The notes: generated from the letters alone by a model not told the origin. Positions 1 through 10,207 are shown, counted from the first letter of the stretch. The stretch is DNA of 64,000 nt from Gemmatimonadaceae bacterium (GCA_044224875.1 JBGAJQ010000001.1:128001-192000); one strand, 5' to 3'. Program-made: numbers and translations.

Positions 1-1
1 T

Positions 2-784
2 GTCTACACGGCGGGCGGCACCGGGCTGGAGGCGACGATCCCCAGCTGGGCCTTCGAAGGTGGCGAGGACTCGCTGCGCTCGCGCCTCACCAACGCCGTG
101 ACGCGTGAGAAGTTGAAGCTGGAAATCAAGTCCGGGTCGCCCGGATGGTGGAATATCATCGAGGCGGCCGGTGGCTGGGACGGCGTGGTGTTGGCGAACG
201 CACGCAGCGACGAATACGTGAGATTCAACGGCAAGTCGATCACCCAGATCGCGCGGGAACTTGGAAAGAGCGAACCCGACGCGGCGTGGGACATTGTGCT
301 GGCCGGAAAGGGTCGAGTCACGGCGATCTACCATATGATGAGCGAGCAGGACCTCGAAAAGGCCCTGACCTTCCCCTGGACGAGCATTGGTTCCGATGCC
401 GGCGCAGCGCTGAGCTTGAGCGGGGGTGATGACATAGGCCTCCCCCATCCACGCGCGTACGGCAACCATCCGCGCGTGATCGCGCGCTACGTGCGCGAGC
501 GGCACGTGATCTCGTTGGAGGAAGCGATCCGCAAGATGACGTCGTGGCCCTCCACTCGCATGCGCCTCGCGAACCGCGGCACGATCAAGGACGGGAACTG
601 GGCGGACGTCGTCATCTTCGACTACAACACCATCCAGGATCGCAGCACGTACGAGCACCCGATTGAGCTGCCGGCAGGGATCCAGTATGTCCTGGTGAAT
701 GGCGTCCTGACCGTGGAGAAGGGCACACACACCAAGGCGCGTGCTGGCAAGGTCCTTTACGGACCCGGCAAGGCCGGCAGGTAA
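2..784 (+). CDS. N-acyl-D-amino-acid deacylase (D-aminoacylase, amidohydrolase family), 5'-truncated by window edge
   Basis: Frame is open from position 2 (VYTAGGTGLEATIPSW). Motifs IGSDA, PHPRAYG, LEEAIRKMTS.P, RG.I..G.WADVVIFD and GI.YVLVNG are typical of D-aminoacylases. Confidence 0.85.
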   Translation, partial: VYTAGGTGLEATIPSWAFEGGEDSLRSRLTNAVTREKLKLEIKSGSPGWWNIIEAAGGWDGVVLANARSDEYVRFNGKSITQIARELGKSEPDAAWDIVLAGKGRVTAIYHMMSEQDLEKALTFPWTSIGSDAGAALSLSGGDDIGLPHPRAYGNHPRVIARYVRERHVISLEEAIRKMTSWPSTRMRLANRGTIKDGNWADVVIFDYNTIQDRSTYEHPIELPAGIQYVLVNGVLTVEKGTHTKARAGKVLYGPGKAGR

Positions 785-808
785 CGGTACCCTCAGCCTA
801 CGGGAAGA

Positions 809-924
809 GCCGGCAGACTCACTCCAGCTGTTCGTGATCGGGAAACGTCCACGTCCCGAAGGACGCAGCGACGGGTGTGACCACGAGCAGCCTTCGTCAC
901 GGCAGACAGTCAGCTCGTGCCGGC
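809..924. other. Long intergenic rod-like hairpin (possible structured RNA or bidirectional terminator)
   Basis: Nested arms: GCCGGCA 809-815 / TGCCGGC 918-924; GCTGTTCGTGATC 827-839 / GACCACGAGCAGC 879-891; apical CGTCC-CGAA-GGACG 852-865 (cUUCGg on the minus strand). Lies between convergent genes. Confidence 0.45.
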
Positions 925-931
925 CGGGTCG

Positions 932-1918
932 CTAAGCGAAGAGTCCGACTTGACCGCCGGTGTGCCAGAACATCACGCTGCTTCCGTCACGGAACTGGCC
1001 CGCACGCGCATAGGCAATGAGCGCCGACAGGGCCTTGGCTGTGTACCAGTGGTCGACAAAAACCGCCTCGTGCCGGGCCGCCAGCCGCTGCGCTTCGCGC
1101 GATCCTTCTGTTGGAATTCCGTAGCCTTCCCCGACAAAGCTCGCGTCCGCCTCGAATCGTTCCGCGGCACCGAGGGCGCCAGCCGGCAGCTCCAACAACT
1201 CCTCGATGTCGGTACATATCCCCAGTACTTCGGCGCGGATGGCCTCCACCGAGTCGTCCGCACTGATCCCAACGACGCGAGCCCCGACTTCGTACAGCGC
1301 GCACCCCGCCAACAACCCTGCTTGCGTGCCACCAGACGACGATGCGTGCATGATGACCTCCGGCACCGTCGCCTGCCGCACGATTTCACCGATCGCGCGC
1401 GCGAAGCCCAAGGCACCTAGCGCGTTGGAAGCGCCAAGCGGAATTACGTAGGGTACGCCCCCCTGCGCGCGTACTTCATCCGCCACTTGCTGCATCATGG
1501 GTTCGCGATCCTGCCGAGTGGCAACGTACCGCACGTCGGCGCCGAGCAGCTGCATCAAGAGCGCATTCCCGGTGGCGTGCTCCTGGGGCGCTCCGTTGGC
1601 CACGATGTGGCACGAAAGTCCCAAACGCGCCGCAGCAGACGCCGTGGCGCGACAGTGGTTGGACTGGACCCCACCACAGGTGATCAACGTCGTCGCGCCG
1701 CGGGCAAGCGCGTCGGCGCCAACTACGGTCAGCTTGCGAACCTTGTTGCCGCCAAATCCAAAGGGCAGTGCATCGTCGCGCTTAAGGAAAAGGCGAGAAC
1801 CCATGCCAATGGCATCGCGCAGCCGCACGGCGTCGTCGATCGGTGTCGGCAGGTGGCCAAGGCGAACCGTCGGCATCGCCTCCAGGCGCTCGCGGGCATT
1901 CTTGAGAGATTCGGACAC
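932..1918 (-). CDS. D-cysteine desulfhydrase family PLP enzyme
   Basis: Motifs LPTP, LFLKRDD, GGNKVRKL (PLP Lys), GGVQSNH, SSSGGTQAG. Has YTAK and HTGG rather than the ACC-deaminase YEGK/HLGG. Start at GTG 1918 or ATG 1876 is uncertain. Confidence 0.85.
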   Translation of the reverse strand: MSESLKNARERLEAMPTVRLGHLPTPIDDAVRLRDAIGMGSRLFLKRDDALPFGFGGNKVRKLTVVGADALARGATTLITCGGVQSNHCRATASAAARLGLSCHIVANGAPQEHATGNALLMQLLGADVRYVATRQDREPMMQQVADEVRAQGGVPYVIPLGASNALGALGFARAIGEIVRQATVPEVIMHASSSGGTQAGLLAGCALYEVGARVVGISADDSVEAIRAEVLGICTDIEELLELPAGALGAAERFEADASFVGEGYGIPTEGSREAQRLAARHEAVFVDHWYTAKALSALIAYARAGQFRDGSSVMFWHTGGQVGLFA

Positions 1919-2289
1919 GACAGTGAGTGAGAGGGCGGAGTGACGTTCGTTTGAGGATATGGTCCCGCGCTGGTCACACCGCAAGACGCGGCAAGATGCA
2001 ATCGTGCCGCGCGAACCCACGGCGACGCATCCGACGCCGCGCCATCCAGGCCGTGAATTGTGGTTGAGTGATCTCGACCAGAACAATTCTCGCAACGGTC
2101 CTCCTCGGGGCTTCCCACGGCATGAGTCGCGCTACGCTCGTCAGGAGTCGTCGCAGCGCGCCAGCGCCTTCCCTTCCAAAGGCTCACCTCAACCAACCGG
2201 TGCGGCTTGTCGTGAACGCCTCCAGGACTCGCCGCGAAGTAAGTTTCTGCTCCGGCGCTGCTAGGCGACACACACGAGGACGCACGTGA

Positions 2290-2871
2290 ATGTTCGATCC
2301 CCCAGAAGACGAGGAAGCACTCGAGGCACTCTCCGAAACGTGGCAACGACCGGCGGGAATCTTCGTTATCGTCGAAGCAAAGGGGGCTGCTGGCGAACGT
2401 ATTCGTCACCTGCAACAGCAGTACGATCCCAAGTTGTCGATCACCAGCCCGCCACACATGACCCTGGTTGGATCGTCCGGGCTTGGGCCAATCGTGGGAG
2501 ATACATCCGAAGACGAGCTGCGCATGCGTCTCGCGCCCATCGCGCGCACCACCGCGCCATTCTCGCTCCCCTTCGGTCCCATTACGAAGTTCATGCAACG
2601 TCAGATCGTGGTCCTCCCCCTGTCCCCGCACGGAATTCTCAGGGAGCTGCATGACCGCATCGGCCGAAGTGGATTGGTCTTCAACCGAGCGCGCTTTGCC
2701 TTCACTCCGCACGTCACCGTGAACCTGTTCCGGACCCTTCCCAAGGAGGAACTGCGTGCGCTGCTGGCGGAACGCGTGACGGAACCGATGGTTGTCGACC
2801 ACCTGCGAATTTCCTTGACCGACGACCCCGCTCCAGCGCGAGACCTGTTCGAAATTCCCCTCACGGGGTAG
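2290..2871 (+). CDS. 2H phosphoesterase / 2'-5' RNA ligase (LigT-like) family protein
   Basis: Two HxT motifs (PHMTL, FTPHVTV); GAGGA upstream of the ATG. Confidence 0.8.
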   Translation: MFDPPEDEEALEALSETWQRPAGIFVIVEAKGAAGERIRHLQQQYDPKLSITSPPHMTLVGSSGLGPIVGDTSEDELRMRLAPIARTTAPFSLPFGPITKFMQRQIVVLPLSPHGILRELHDRIGRSGLVFNRARFAFTPHVTVNLFRTLPKEELRALLAERVTEPMVVDHLRISLTDDPAPARDLFEIPLTG

Positions 2872-2964
2872 CCGCGCCAATCCACCGCCGGGCGCCGGAC
2901 GTAGCAGGTGTGAGGCACGACGGGCAGAAAGCCGTCGGGCATCCCCCTCACACTCGAGGAATCC

Positions 2965-4272
2965 GTGGCTCTCCGTCAACTGCTCGGCGCTTCCCTCTCG
3001 GTCGTCCTCACCGTTGCCGCCTGTGCACGCCCCGTGCACCGCGCCGACCGTGACACCGACCGACTGGTCGTAGCGCCCACGTCGGATCCCGACGTTCGCG
3101 ACAAGGACATAGCGTTCTACGAGAAGCGATTGGCAGAAGATCCCGCCAGTGCCATGGACCGCTCACGCCTCGCCTTGTTGTTCTTGGCGAGAGCGCGGGA
3201 GACTGGTAACACGCTGGACATCGAGCGCGCCGAAGCGCTGTGCGTGATGTCGTTGCAGCTGCGAGAGTCGCATAACAGTGGAACGTATAGCATCCTTGCC
3301 TCGGCGCGGCTGGCGAAACACGATTTTGTCGGCGCCAGAAAGGCCGCGGAACGCCTGCTCGCCAGCGACCCGGAGTCACCGCCGGCACGCGCCCTGTTGG
3401 GGGAGATCAGCCTCGAACTGGGGGATTATCAGGCAGCGCGGACCATCTTCACCACATTGGAAACGCGCAGTAACGAGCTGTCGGTCGCCTCTCGGCTCGT
3501 TCGATGGTACGAGCTGACGGGTCGACTGGATCTTGCCCGGAACCTCGCGCGCTACGTCGCGAAACGAGCGCTCGATGAGGGCAACTTGTCACGTGAACAA
3601 GTTGCTTGGTTCCAGATGCGCGTGGGAGACCTGGCGTTCAAGCGTGGGGATCTTGCCGCTGCGGACACGGCGTATCAGCGGGGGTTGACGATCTTTGCCG
3701 ATGACTACCGCATCCTCGCGGCGCAAGCGCGCGTGGCGGCTGCGCGACACGACTGGCGCACGGCGATCGCCAAGGGCGAGGCGGCGGTGCAGATACAATT
3801 GGATCCTGCGACCCTCGGGCTCCTGGCCGATTCGTGGCGCGCACTCGGCGATACCGCGCAGGCGGCATCCTATGAAAAGGCGATGACGACGAGTGCGCTC
3901 ACGCAGCCGGGAGCCATTCACCGAGCGTGGGGGCTCTACTTGCTGAATCACGGCCAGCGAGTTGGCGATGTGCTGAAGCGTGTCCGGCGCGAACTCGAAA
4001 CGCGCCACGATGTGTACGGATATGACCTCCTGGCCTGGGGCCTCCACGTGGAGGGAAAGGATGCGAAGGCGTGGACAGCGATGCAGCAGGCGCTCGCGCA
4101 GGGCACGGAAGACGCGCAGCTGGCGTATCACGCATCGGTGATTGCTCGCGCCCTTGGCGATGCGAGGGAGGCCGACCGGCTGCTGCACCAGGCGGTGGCG
4201 TGGAACCCGCACTACGCCGTGTCGCCGATCGTGGCCAGCGCAGAAGCGGCAGGCCAATCCAGGGGGCACTAG
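2965..4272 (+). CDS. TPR-repeat protein, probable lipoprotein
   Basis: Hydrophobic N-terminus with VAAC lipobox, multiple Ala/Leu-rich TPR-like helical repeats, GAGG upstream of the GTG. Confidence 0.75.
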   Translation: MALRQLLGASLSVVLTVAACARPVHRADRDTDRLVVAPTSDPDVRDKDIAFYEKRLAEDPASAMDRSRLALLFLARARETGNTLDIERAEALCVMSLQLRESHNSGTYSILASARLAKHDFVGARKAAERLLASDPESPPARALLGEISLELGDYQAARTIFTTLETRSNELSVASRLVRWYELTGRLDLARNLARYVAKRALDEGNLSREQVAWFQMRVGDLAFKRGDLAAADTAYQRGLTIFADDYRILAAQARVAAARHDWRTAIAKGEAAVQIQLDPATLGLLADSWRALGDTAQAASYEKAMTTSALTQPGAIHRAWGLYLLNHGQRVGDVLKRVRRELETRHDVYGYDLLAWGLHVEGKDAKAWTAMQQALAQGTEDAQLAYHASVIARALGDAREADRLLHQAVAWNPHYAVSPIVASAEAAGQSRGH

Positions 4273-4274
4273 CG

Positions 4275-4880
4275 ATGTCCGAATTTCTCACCTATGTGAC
4301 GTTAGGCTACCGTCACATCACCGACCCGAACGGCGCGGACCACATCCTCTTCCTCCTGGTGCTGGCCGCGATCTATCGGTTTCGCGATTGGCGTGGCGTC
4401 CTGGGAGTTGTTACGGCGTTCACGGTCGGCCACTCCCTGACGTTGGGGCTGGCGGTATCGGATTGGCTGCACTTGCCGACGCGTTTTGTGGAGTTTCTGA
4501 TACCGGTCACGATCATACTCACAGCAGTCGAGAACCTGCTCGTCCGCGAGCTTCCACGACATGGGTGGCGATCGCGGTATCGCCCGGTGTTTGCCGCAGT
4601 ATTCGGCTTGGTGCATGGTGCCGGGTTCGCCAACTACCTGCAAAGCCTCTTTGTCGAGCGAATTGCCGTTCCGCTCTTCGGGTTCAATGTGGGGATCGAG
4701 CTGGGTCAGCTGCTGGTGCTGGCAATGGCGTTCGTCGCATTCGCGATGGTCGATCTGGCGGCAGCGCGGTTGCGTGGCGTCTCCTGGACAGCGACTACCC
4801 CGCGCGTTCGAACGGTCATCGTCTCCGCTCTGGTCGCGGTTGTGGCGACACAGTGGGCAGTGGAGCGAGCCCCGTGGTAG
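4275..4880 (+). CDS. HupE/UreJ-family membrane protein
   Basis: Motifs G..HI...G.DHILFL, TAFTVGHSLTL, FGLVHG.GFA, LFGFNVGIELGQ. True start is MSEF, 2 nt after the TPR gene stop. Confidence 0.85.
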   Translation: MSEFLTYVTLGYRHITDPNGADHILFLLVLAAIYRFRDWRGVLGVVTAFTVGHSLTLGLAVSDWLHLPTRFVEFLIPVTIILTAVENLLVRELPRHGWRSRYRPVFAAVFGLVHGAGFANYLQSLFVERIAVPLFGFNVGIELGQLLVLAMAFVAFAMVDLAAARLRGVSWTATTPRVRTVIVSALVAVVATQWAVERAPW

Positions 4881-5434
4881 GCGAGTCGTCGGATGGCCGG
4901 CGCAGTGGGGGCCGGGGGCGACGTCTTCGGCTCGGCGCGGCGTTGCGATCCCGGCGTGCGCGCGCCATGCTGGCGACCTTCCTTATCTGTGGCCTTCCCG
5001 AGGCCGTACACGCCCACGCGATTCACTCGACATTGACCGAGATCAGCGTGAGTGCGGATGGGCGCGTGCTGGTGCGTGTGCGGGCGTTCGCAGACGATTT
5101 CAGTACCGCCGTCGCTCGACACGCGCGCATCGCGTCGGTCCCGGACCTTGTGGTGAGCGATGCGAACGCGGCGAAGTACGCGGAGGCCATGGTCTGGCTC
5201 AGCGACCGGAGCGGACATCGAATTCCGCTGACGTTCAAGTCACAGCGTCGGACGGCCGATGTCGTGTGGCTGGAACTCGAAGGCACGAGTGCGCCACTCG
5301 CCGGCGCGCACGTACGCAATGCCATGCTGTTCGAGGTCCATGCGGATCAGGTGAACATTGTGAAGGCGAGCTACGGGGGGACGGCCTTCACCACGCTCTT
5401 CTCATCAGGAGATCAAGCGAAGACCCTGCCGTAG
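4874..5434 (+). CDS. DUF6702-like exported protein
   Basis: Signal-like segment ending AHA-IH, H.STLTEI, VRVRAFADDF, N.MLFEVH.DQVNIV. GTG 4874 overlaps the upstream stop; ATG 4967 is an alternative start. Confidence 0.65.
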   Translation: MVGESSDGRRSGGRGRRLRLGAALRSRRARAMLATFLICGLPEAVHAHAIHSTLTEISVSADGRVLVRVRAFADDFSTAVARHARIASVPDLVVSDANAAKYAEAMVWLSDRSGHRIPLTFKSQRRTADVVWLELEGTSAPLAGAHVRNAMLFEVHADQVNIVKASYGGTAFTTLFSSGDQAKTLP

Positions 5435-5559
5435 GAGCCGCGCCATTCCACGACGCGTCGGCGCATCTGACGGTTGTTCTCATCGCCGGCGTCCTTCCGC
5501 CGAGTGCGTTCGAAGCGCATCGTTATCGCAACTCGATCGGCTGGAAGGGGGCGATACAC

Positions 5560-7428
5560 ATGCGGTTACTCTCATTGTTGGTGCTTGGGCTAGGCTCCAT
5601 GGCCGCTATCGGATGTGGTCCTTCCGCGCCCAAGGACGAAGGCCCGACGCGGACCGTTTCGGCAGGGCCAGCGAAGCTCACCTTCGCGGTGTCCGTCGAT
5701 GGCGCGGTGGCCTCGGCGCCGTTGGACGGCCGAGTTCTGGTGTTCATCGCGGCCGACGAAACGGGGAAGACCGCCCACTTCAGTTCCGATCCCGCAGGCA
5801 TTCGACTGAACCCGAAGATGCCGGAGCCGCGTTACCTCACCAGCGACTTCGATAACACGGCGCAGATCTTTGGCGTTGACGCGCAGCAGCTGGCCCCAGG
5901 TGGCGCCGCGGTCATCAACGCTGCGACGCTCGGGTATCCGCTCGAGCAGATGGGCGAGCTACCACCCGGCGACTACTGGATCCAAGGCCTGCTCCATGTC
6001 TATGAAACCTTCAAGCGAGCCGATGGCAAGACGGTGCAGCTGCCGATGGATCGTGGGGAGGGTCAGCAGTGGGCCACTGCGCCTGGGAACTTGTATAGCG
6101 ATCCCGTGAAGGTGCACTTGGACCCGGCGAGTGGCGACACCGTCAAGATTGTCCTGAACAAGAAGAACCCGCCGATCGAGCCGGCCAAGGACACCAAGTA
6201 CGTCAAGCACATCAAGCTCAAGAGCGAGCGACTCTCGAAGTTCTGGGGCCGCGACATGTATCTGGGCGCGATCGTCGTCCTTCCTGAGGGATACGACGAG
6301 CATCCCGATGCCCGATACCCCCTCGCCGTGTATCAGGGGCATTTTCAGCTGACGGTGAATGGCTGGAGCGAAACGCCGCCCTCGGCCTCCTTACCTGCCT
6401 ACAACCCGGACTCTGTGACGAAGTACTGTCCGAATGGCCATGAGGGAGCATGGTGCACCAAGGTCGGCTACGATCGCGTCCTCGCCGAGTACGACTACAA
6501 GTTCTTCAAGGAATGGACGTCTCCTGATTTCCCACGCGTGTTGATGCTGACGATCCAACACGCGAATCCGTACTATGACGACTCCTATGCCGTGAATAGC
6601 GAGAATGTGGGGCCGTACGGCGACGCGATCAATTACGAGCTGATTCCGTACGTGGAGAAGCAGTTCCGCGGGATAGGTGCTGGCTGGGCCCGCGCGTTGT
6701 ACGGCGGTTCGACCGGCGGATGGGAAGTCCTGGCCAGTCAGGTGTTCTATCCCGACACCTACAACGGCGCCTTCACGTCGTGTCCGGATCCCATCGACTT
6801 CCGCGGCTACACGACCGTGAATCTGTATGAAGACGAGAACGCGTACTGGTACGACGGCGGTCCCTTCCGACGCAGCGAACGCCCCGCCCACCGCGATTTC
6901 ATGGGGCACGTTCGCGCGACAACCCGTCAGGCCAACCTCCGCGAGTTGGTCCTCGGCACCAAGACGCGCAGCGGTGGGCAGTACGATGTGTGGGAGGCCG
7001 TGTTCTCGCCCGTGGGCGATGACGGCTACCCCAGGCGAATTTGGGACAAACGAACAGGCGTGATCGACTACGAGGTCGCGAATTACTGGAAGGAGCACTA
7101 CGACCTCGTGCACATCATGCAACGAGACTGGGCCAAGCTCGGTCCCAAGCTACGGGGCAAGATCGAGATCTATGCCGGCGCGCACGACAACATCTACCTG
7201 ACCAACGCCGTGTACTATGCGGACGACTTCCTGAGCAAGGTGAAGAATCCACCCGCAGACGCCAAGGTGGTATACGGTATAAAGAACGAACACTGCTTCA
7301 GCGGTGACACGACGGTCTCGAACGCATTTTCACGCCTAACGTATCACTCTCGTTTCATTCGCAAGATGCAGGAGCACTGGCTGAAGACCGCCCCGGCCGG
7401 AGCTGACACGGCCAGCTGGCGATATTAG
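5560..7428 (+). CDS. Lipoprotein with alpha/beta-hydrolase (putative esterase) domain
   Basis: MRLLSLLVLGLGSMAAIGC lipobox; PGNLYS; YYDDSYAVNS.N.GPYGDA...ELIP; GGSTGG nucleophile elbow; C-terminal EH. The track ORF from 4561 is over-extended. Confidence 0.75.
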   Translation: MRLLSLLVLGLGSMAAIGCGPSAPKDEGPTRTVSAGPAKLTFAVSVDGAVASAPLDGRVLVFIAADETGKTAHFSSDPAGIRLNPKMPEPRYLTSDFDNTAQIFGVDAQQLAPGGAAVINAATLGYPLEQMGELPPGDYWIQGLLHVYETFKRADGKTVQLPMDRGEGQQWATAPGNLYSDPVKVHLDPASGDTVKIVLNKKNPPIEPAKDTKYVKHIKLKSERLSKFWGRDMYLGAIVVLPEGYDEHPDARYPLAVYQGHFQLTVNGWSETPPSASLPAYNPDSVTKYCPNGHEGAWCTKVGYDRVLAEYDYKFFKEWTSPDFPRVLMLTIQHANPYYDDSYAVNSENVGPYGDAINYELIPYVEKQFRGIGAGWARALYGGSTGGWEVLASQVFYPDTYNGAFTSCPDPIDFRGYTTVNLYEDENAYWYDGGPFRRSERPAHRDFMGHVRATTRQANLRELVLGTKTRSGGQYDVWEAVFSPVGDDGYPRRIWDKRTGVIDYEVANYWKEHYDLVHIMQRDWAKLGPKLRGKIEIYAGAHDNIYLTNAVYYADDFLSKVKNPPADAKVVYGIKNEHCFSGDTTVSNAFSRLTYHSRFIRKMQEHWLKTAPAGADTASWRY

Positions 7429-7436
7429 GAAGGTGC

Positions 7437-7462
7437 CGGGGCCCGGCGACCGCCGGGCCCCG
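7437..7462 (+). terminator. GC-rich hairpin after the esterase gene
   Basis: Perfect inverted repeat CGGGGCCCGGCG-AC-CGCCGGGCCCCG, 8 nt after the stop; no U-tract. Confidence 0.45.
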
Positions 7463-7641
7463 AGCCGCACCGGTCCAGCCTTCCCGCTCACAACGTGTGG
7501 CGCGCCACTCGCCTTACATCCCTGCCGAGTGGAATGGCGACCGTCTTGGCACTAGCTCCAACCATCAGCCGTAGGCACAATCGCCAACTGATGGCACCTG
7601 AGCGCCTGGTGCGCCGCGACCAACTTCCTTGAGTGGTATTG

Positions 7642-9987
7642 ATGCTGACCCCCCCGCTGTATTCGCTCGTTCTCGCCGCCTCCCTCGCCTCCGCGCCAGT
7701 GTACCACGGCCGCACCGGATCCCGCGAAGTGGCCATCCCACGCATGGACTCGAGTGCCGTGATTGACGGCCAACTGACAGAAGGCGCGTGGCACTCCGCG
7801 GCGTTGCTGACAGGCTTCTCGCGCTACGCTCCCTCCGACGGATATGCCGCCGACGATTCCACGGAGGTGCTGGTCTGGTACTCGTCGACGGCGATCCACT
7901 TCGGGATCCGTGCGTTTGCCGAGGCCGGCGCGGTTCGCGCGACGCTATCGGATCGCGACAAGATGTTTGGGGATGACTACGTAGGGATATTCCTGAGCAC
8001 GTTCAACGATGGGCGCCAGGCGCTCGTGTTTGGCGCAAACCCGTTAGGCGTCCAGGGCGACGGCATCATGGTGGAGAGCGGGCGGTCAAATGGCAGCGGG
8101 TTCTCGGGTCCTTCCATCGGACGCGAACCCGTCGACGTCAGTCCCGACTTCGTGTACCAATCGAAGGGGCATGTCACCGCACACGGGTACGAGATCGAGA
8201 TTCGCATCCCGTTCAAGAGCCTGAAGTACCAGTCGGCCGACCCGCAGACGTGGGGCATTCAGGTGCTGCGCAAGTCGCAGAGCCGCGGCTTCGAGTACAC
8301 GTGGACGCCGGCGCAGCGTGCGGCCGCCTCGTTCCTGCAACAGTCGGGTCACCTTGTAGGGCTCACGCAATTGAGCCGCGGACTGGTGCTAGACGTGAAT
8401 CCGGTGGTTACACAGCATTGGGAGGGCGTACGAAGCGCCGACGGCTTCAGTCGCGACGCGGAGGATCCCAAGGTCGGTGCCAACCTGCGATGGGGCATCA
8501 CCAACAACATCACGTTGAGCGGAACGATCCGACCAGACTTCGCTGAGGTGGAATCGGATGCCGGACAGTTTGTGTTCGACCCACGGGCGGCGCTGTTCTT
8601 TCCCGAAAAGCGTCCATTCTTCCTCGAGGGAAGTGAACAGTTCGAAACCCCCGGCGGGTTGGTATACACACGGCGCATCGTCAGCCCGCTGGTCGCAACG
8701 AAAGTGACCGGGAAGTTGGCGGGGACCAACATCGCCTTTCTTTCGGCGATCGACGATCGCGTGGCATCGGCCACACAACAGGACCATCCGGTCTTCAACA
8801 TCCTGCGCGTCAAACGCGACCTTGGGTCCTCATCGCGCGTCGGGTTGGTGCTGACGGATCGGGAAGACGGGGCACGCAGCAACCGGGTGGGGGGTGGTGA
8901 CTTTCGCTACGTCTTCGGGAAGATCTACAGTCTCTCTACCGTGGCCGCGGTGAGTCGCACTGCGGCGCCCAATGTGGCAACCAAAACCGCGCCGATGTGG
9001 GCCACGACGTTGGCTCGTGCCGGCCGCACCTTTGGCGCGCGCTACAACTTTTCAGGCATTCACGACGACTTCCGTGCGTCGTCGGGTTTCATCAGCCGTG
9101 GGGCCATCGCCCATGCGAACGCGCAGCACAGCCTCACGTGGTATGGAGAGAAGGGCGGGTTCCTGCAGAGCGTCACGGGCGACGTCAACCTCGACGACAC
9201 TTGGGACTTCCAGAACTTCGTCCACAGTGGCGACGCCATTGAAAAGAAGCTGCACTTCAACACGAACTACCAGTTGCGCGGTGGCTGGCACGCGGGGGCG
9301 TCGCTCCTACTCGAGAAGTTCGGCTTCGATCCCGCGTTCTATGCTCCGTATGCGATCGAGCGACACGTGGGTGGCACCGTCGACACGGTCGCATTCACTG
9401 GCCAGCCCCGGATCCCGAATCGAGACTATGTGCTCTCGCTCGACAGCCCGCAGTTCCAGCACTTCGCGTTCAACGTGTTCTACCTGTGGGGCCACGACGA
9501 GAACTTCTACGAATGGGCGCCCGCGGACATCGGCTTCCTGTCGCTCGGCCTCACCTGGCGGCCCACTGGCCAGCTGCGCATGGAGAGTACCTACAACTAT
9601 CAGTACTACAAGCGACGCACGGATGGCACCACGGTGGGCAGCGGCCGCATCCCTCGGGTGAAGCTGGAGTACCAGGTGGCGCGTTCCATCTTCGTGCGCG
9701 CGGTGGGGCAATACAACGCACAGTTCCAGGACGACTTGCGGGATGACTCACGCACCAACGATCCGCTGCTGATCAAGAACCGCCAGGGAACCTACGAACG
9801 CGCACTGGGCTTTTCCCAAAACTCGTTCCAAGGCGACCTGCTGTTCTCGTACCTGCCGACACCGGGGACCGTCGTCTATTTGGGTTACGGGAACATATCG
9901 AGCGAGCCGAAGGCATTCCGCTTCAGCGGCATGGAACGGCAACACGATGGCTTCTTCGTGAAGATGTCGTACCTGTTCCGAGTGTAG
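7642..9987 (+). CDS. CBM9-like + DUF5916 outer-membrane beta-barrel protein (paralog 1)
   Basis: Signal peptide; IDG.L.E..W; F.ANPLGVQ.D; EIRIPFKSLKY; PDFAEVESD; FFPEKRPFFLEG; YTRRI; C-terminal FFVKMSYLF barrel-type ending. Confidence 0.8.
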   Translation: MLTPPLYSLVLAASLASAPVYHGRTGSREVAIPRMDSSAVIDGQLTEGAWHSAALLTGFSRYAPSDGYAADDSTEVLVWYSSTAIHFGIRAFAEAGAVRATLSDRDKMFGDDYVGIFLSTFNDGRQALVFGANPLGVQGDGIMVESGRSNGSGFSGPSIGREPVDVSPDFVYQSKGHVTAHGYEIEIRIPFKSLKYQSADPQTWGIQVLRKSQSRGFEYTWTPAQRAAASFLQQSGHLVGLTQLSRGLVLDVNPVVTQHWEGVRSADGFSRDAEDPKVGANLRWGITNNITLSGTIRPDFAEVESDAGQFVFDPRAALFFPEKRPFFLEGSEQFETPGGLVYTRRIVSPLVATKVTGKLAGTNIAFLSAIDDRVASATQQDHPVFNILRVKRDLGSSSRVGLVLTDREDGARSNRVGGGDFRYVFGKIYSLSTVAAVSRTAAPNVATKTAPMWATTLARAGRTFGARYNFSGIHDDFRASSGFISRGAIAHANAQHSLTWYGEKGGFLQSVTGDVNLDDTWDFQNFVHSGDAIEKKLHFNTNYQLRGGWHAGASLLLEKFGFDPAFYAPYAIERHVGGTVDTVAFTGQPRIPNRDYVLSLDSPQFQHFAFNVFYLWGHDENFYEWAPADIGFLSLGLTWRPTGQLRMESTYNYQYYKRRTDGTTVGSGRIPRVKLEYQVARSIFVRAVGQYNAQFQDDLRDDSRTNDPLLIKNRQGTYERALGFSQNSFQGDLLFSYLPTPGTVVYLGYGNISSEPKAFRFSGMERQHDGFFVKMSYLFRV

Positions 9988-10207
9988 GTCGCCGAGCGTT
10001 CATGCGGGCCGGCGAGGGCGGGCTGCTCAGCGGCTGATGATGTGCTCGCCGGTCACCCGCGGTGCGACCCTTCCAAGGCTTTCGATTTGACCTGTGGCGT
10101 CGGCGACACCGTGCCCGTCTGGTTCGAGACGGACGGCAGGTTGGCCGTCGTGTTGAACACGCCCCATTCACTCTACGGCAATGCGCTGACCGGCGCGTTG
10201 CTTTCGC

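Noticed and set aside
932..1918. ACC deaminase (acdS)
   Set aside because: It has Thr at both diagnostic positions (YTAK, HTGG) rather than Glu and Leu.
1919..2289. Small ORFs or ncRNA in the divergent intergenic region (TGGTTGAG/CTCAACCA long-range dyad)
   Set aside because: No coding signature and only one short distant pairing; likely a promoter region.
4561..5559. N-terminal 333 aa of the 955-aa track ORF, and similar extensions at 58798-59763, 49519-49983 and 11135-11560
   Set aside because: They overlap real genes or intergenic DNA; the true starts are marked by signal peptides, an RBS or family N-termini further downstream.
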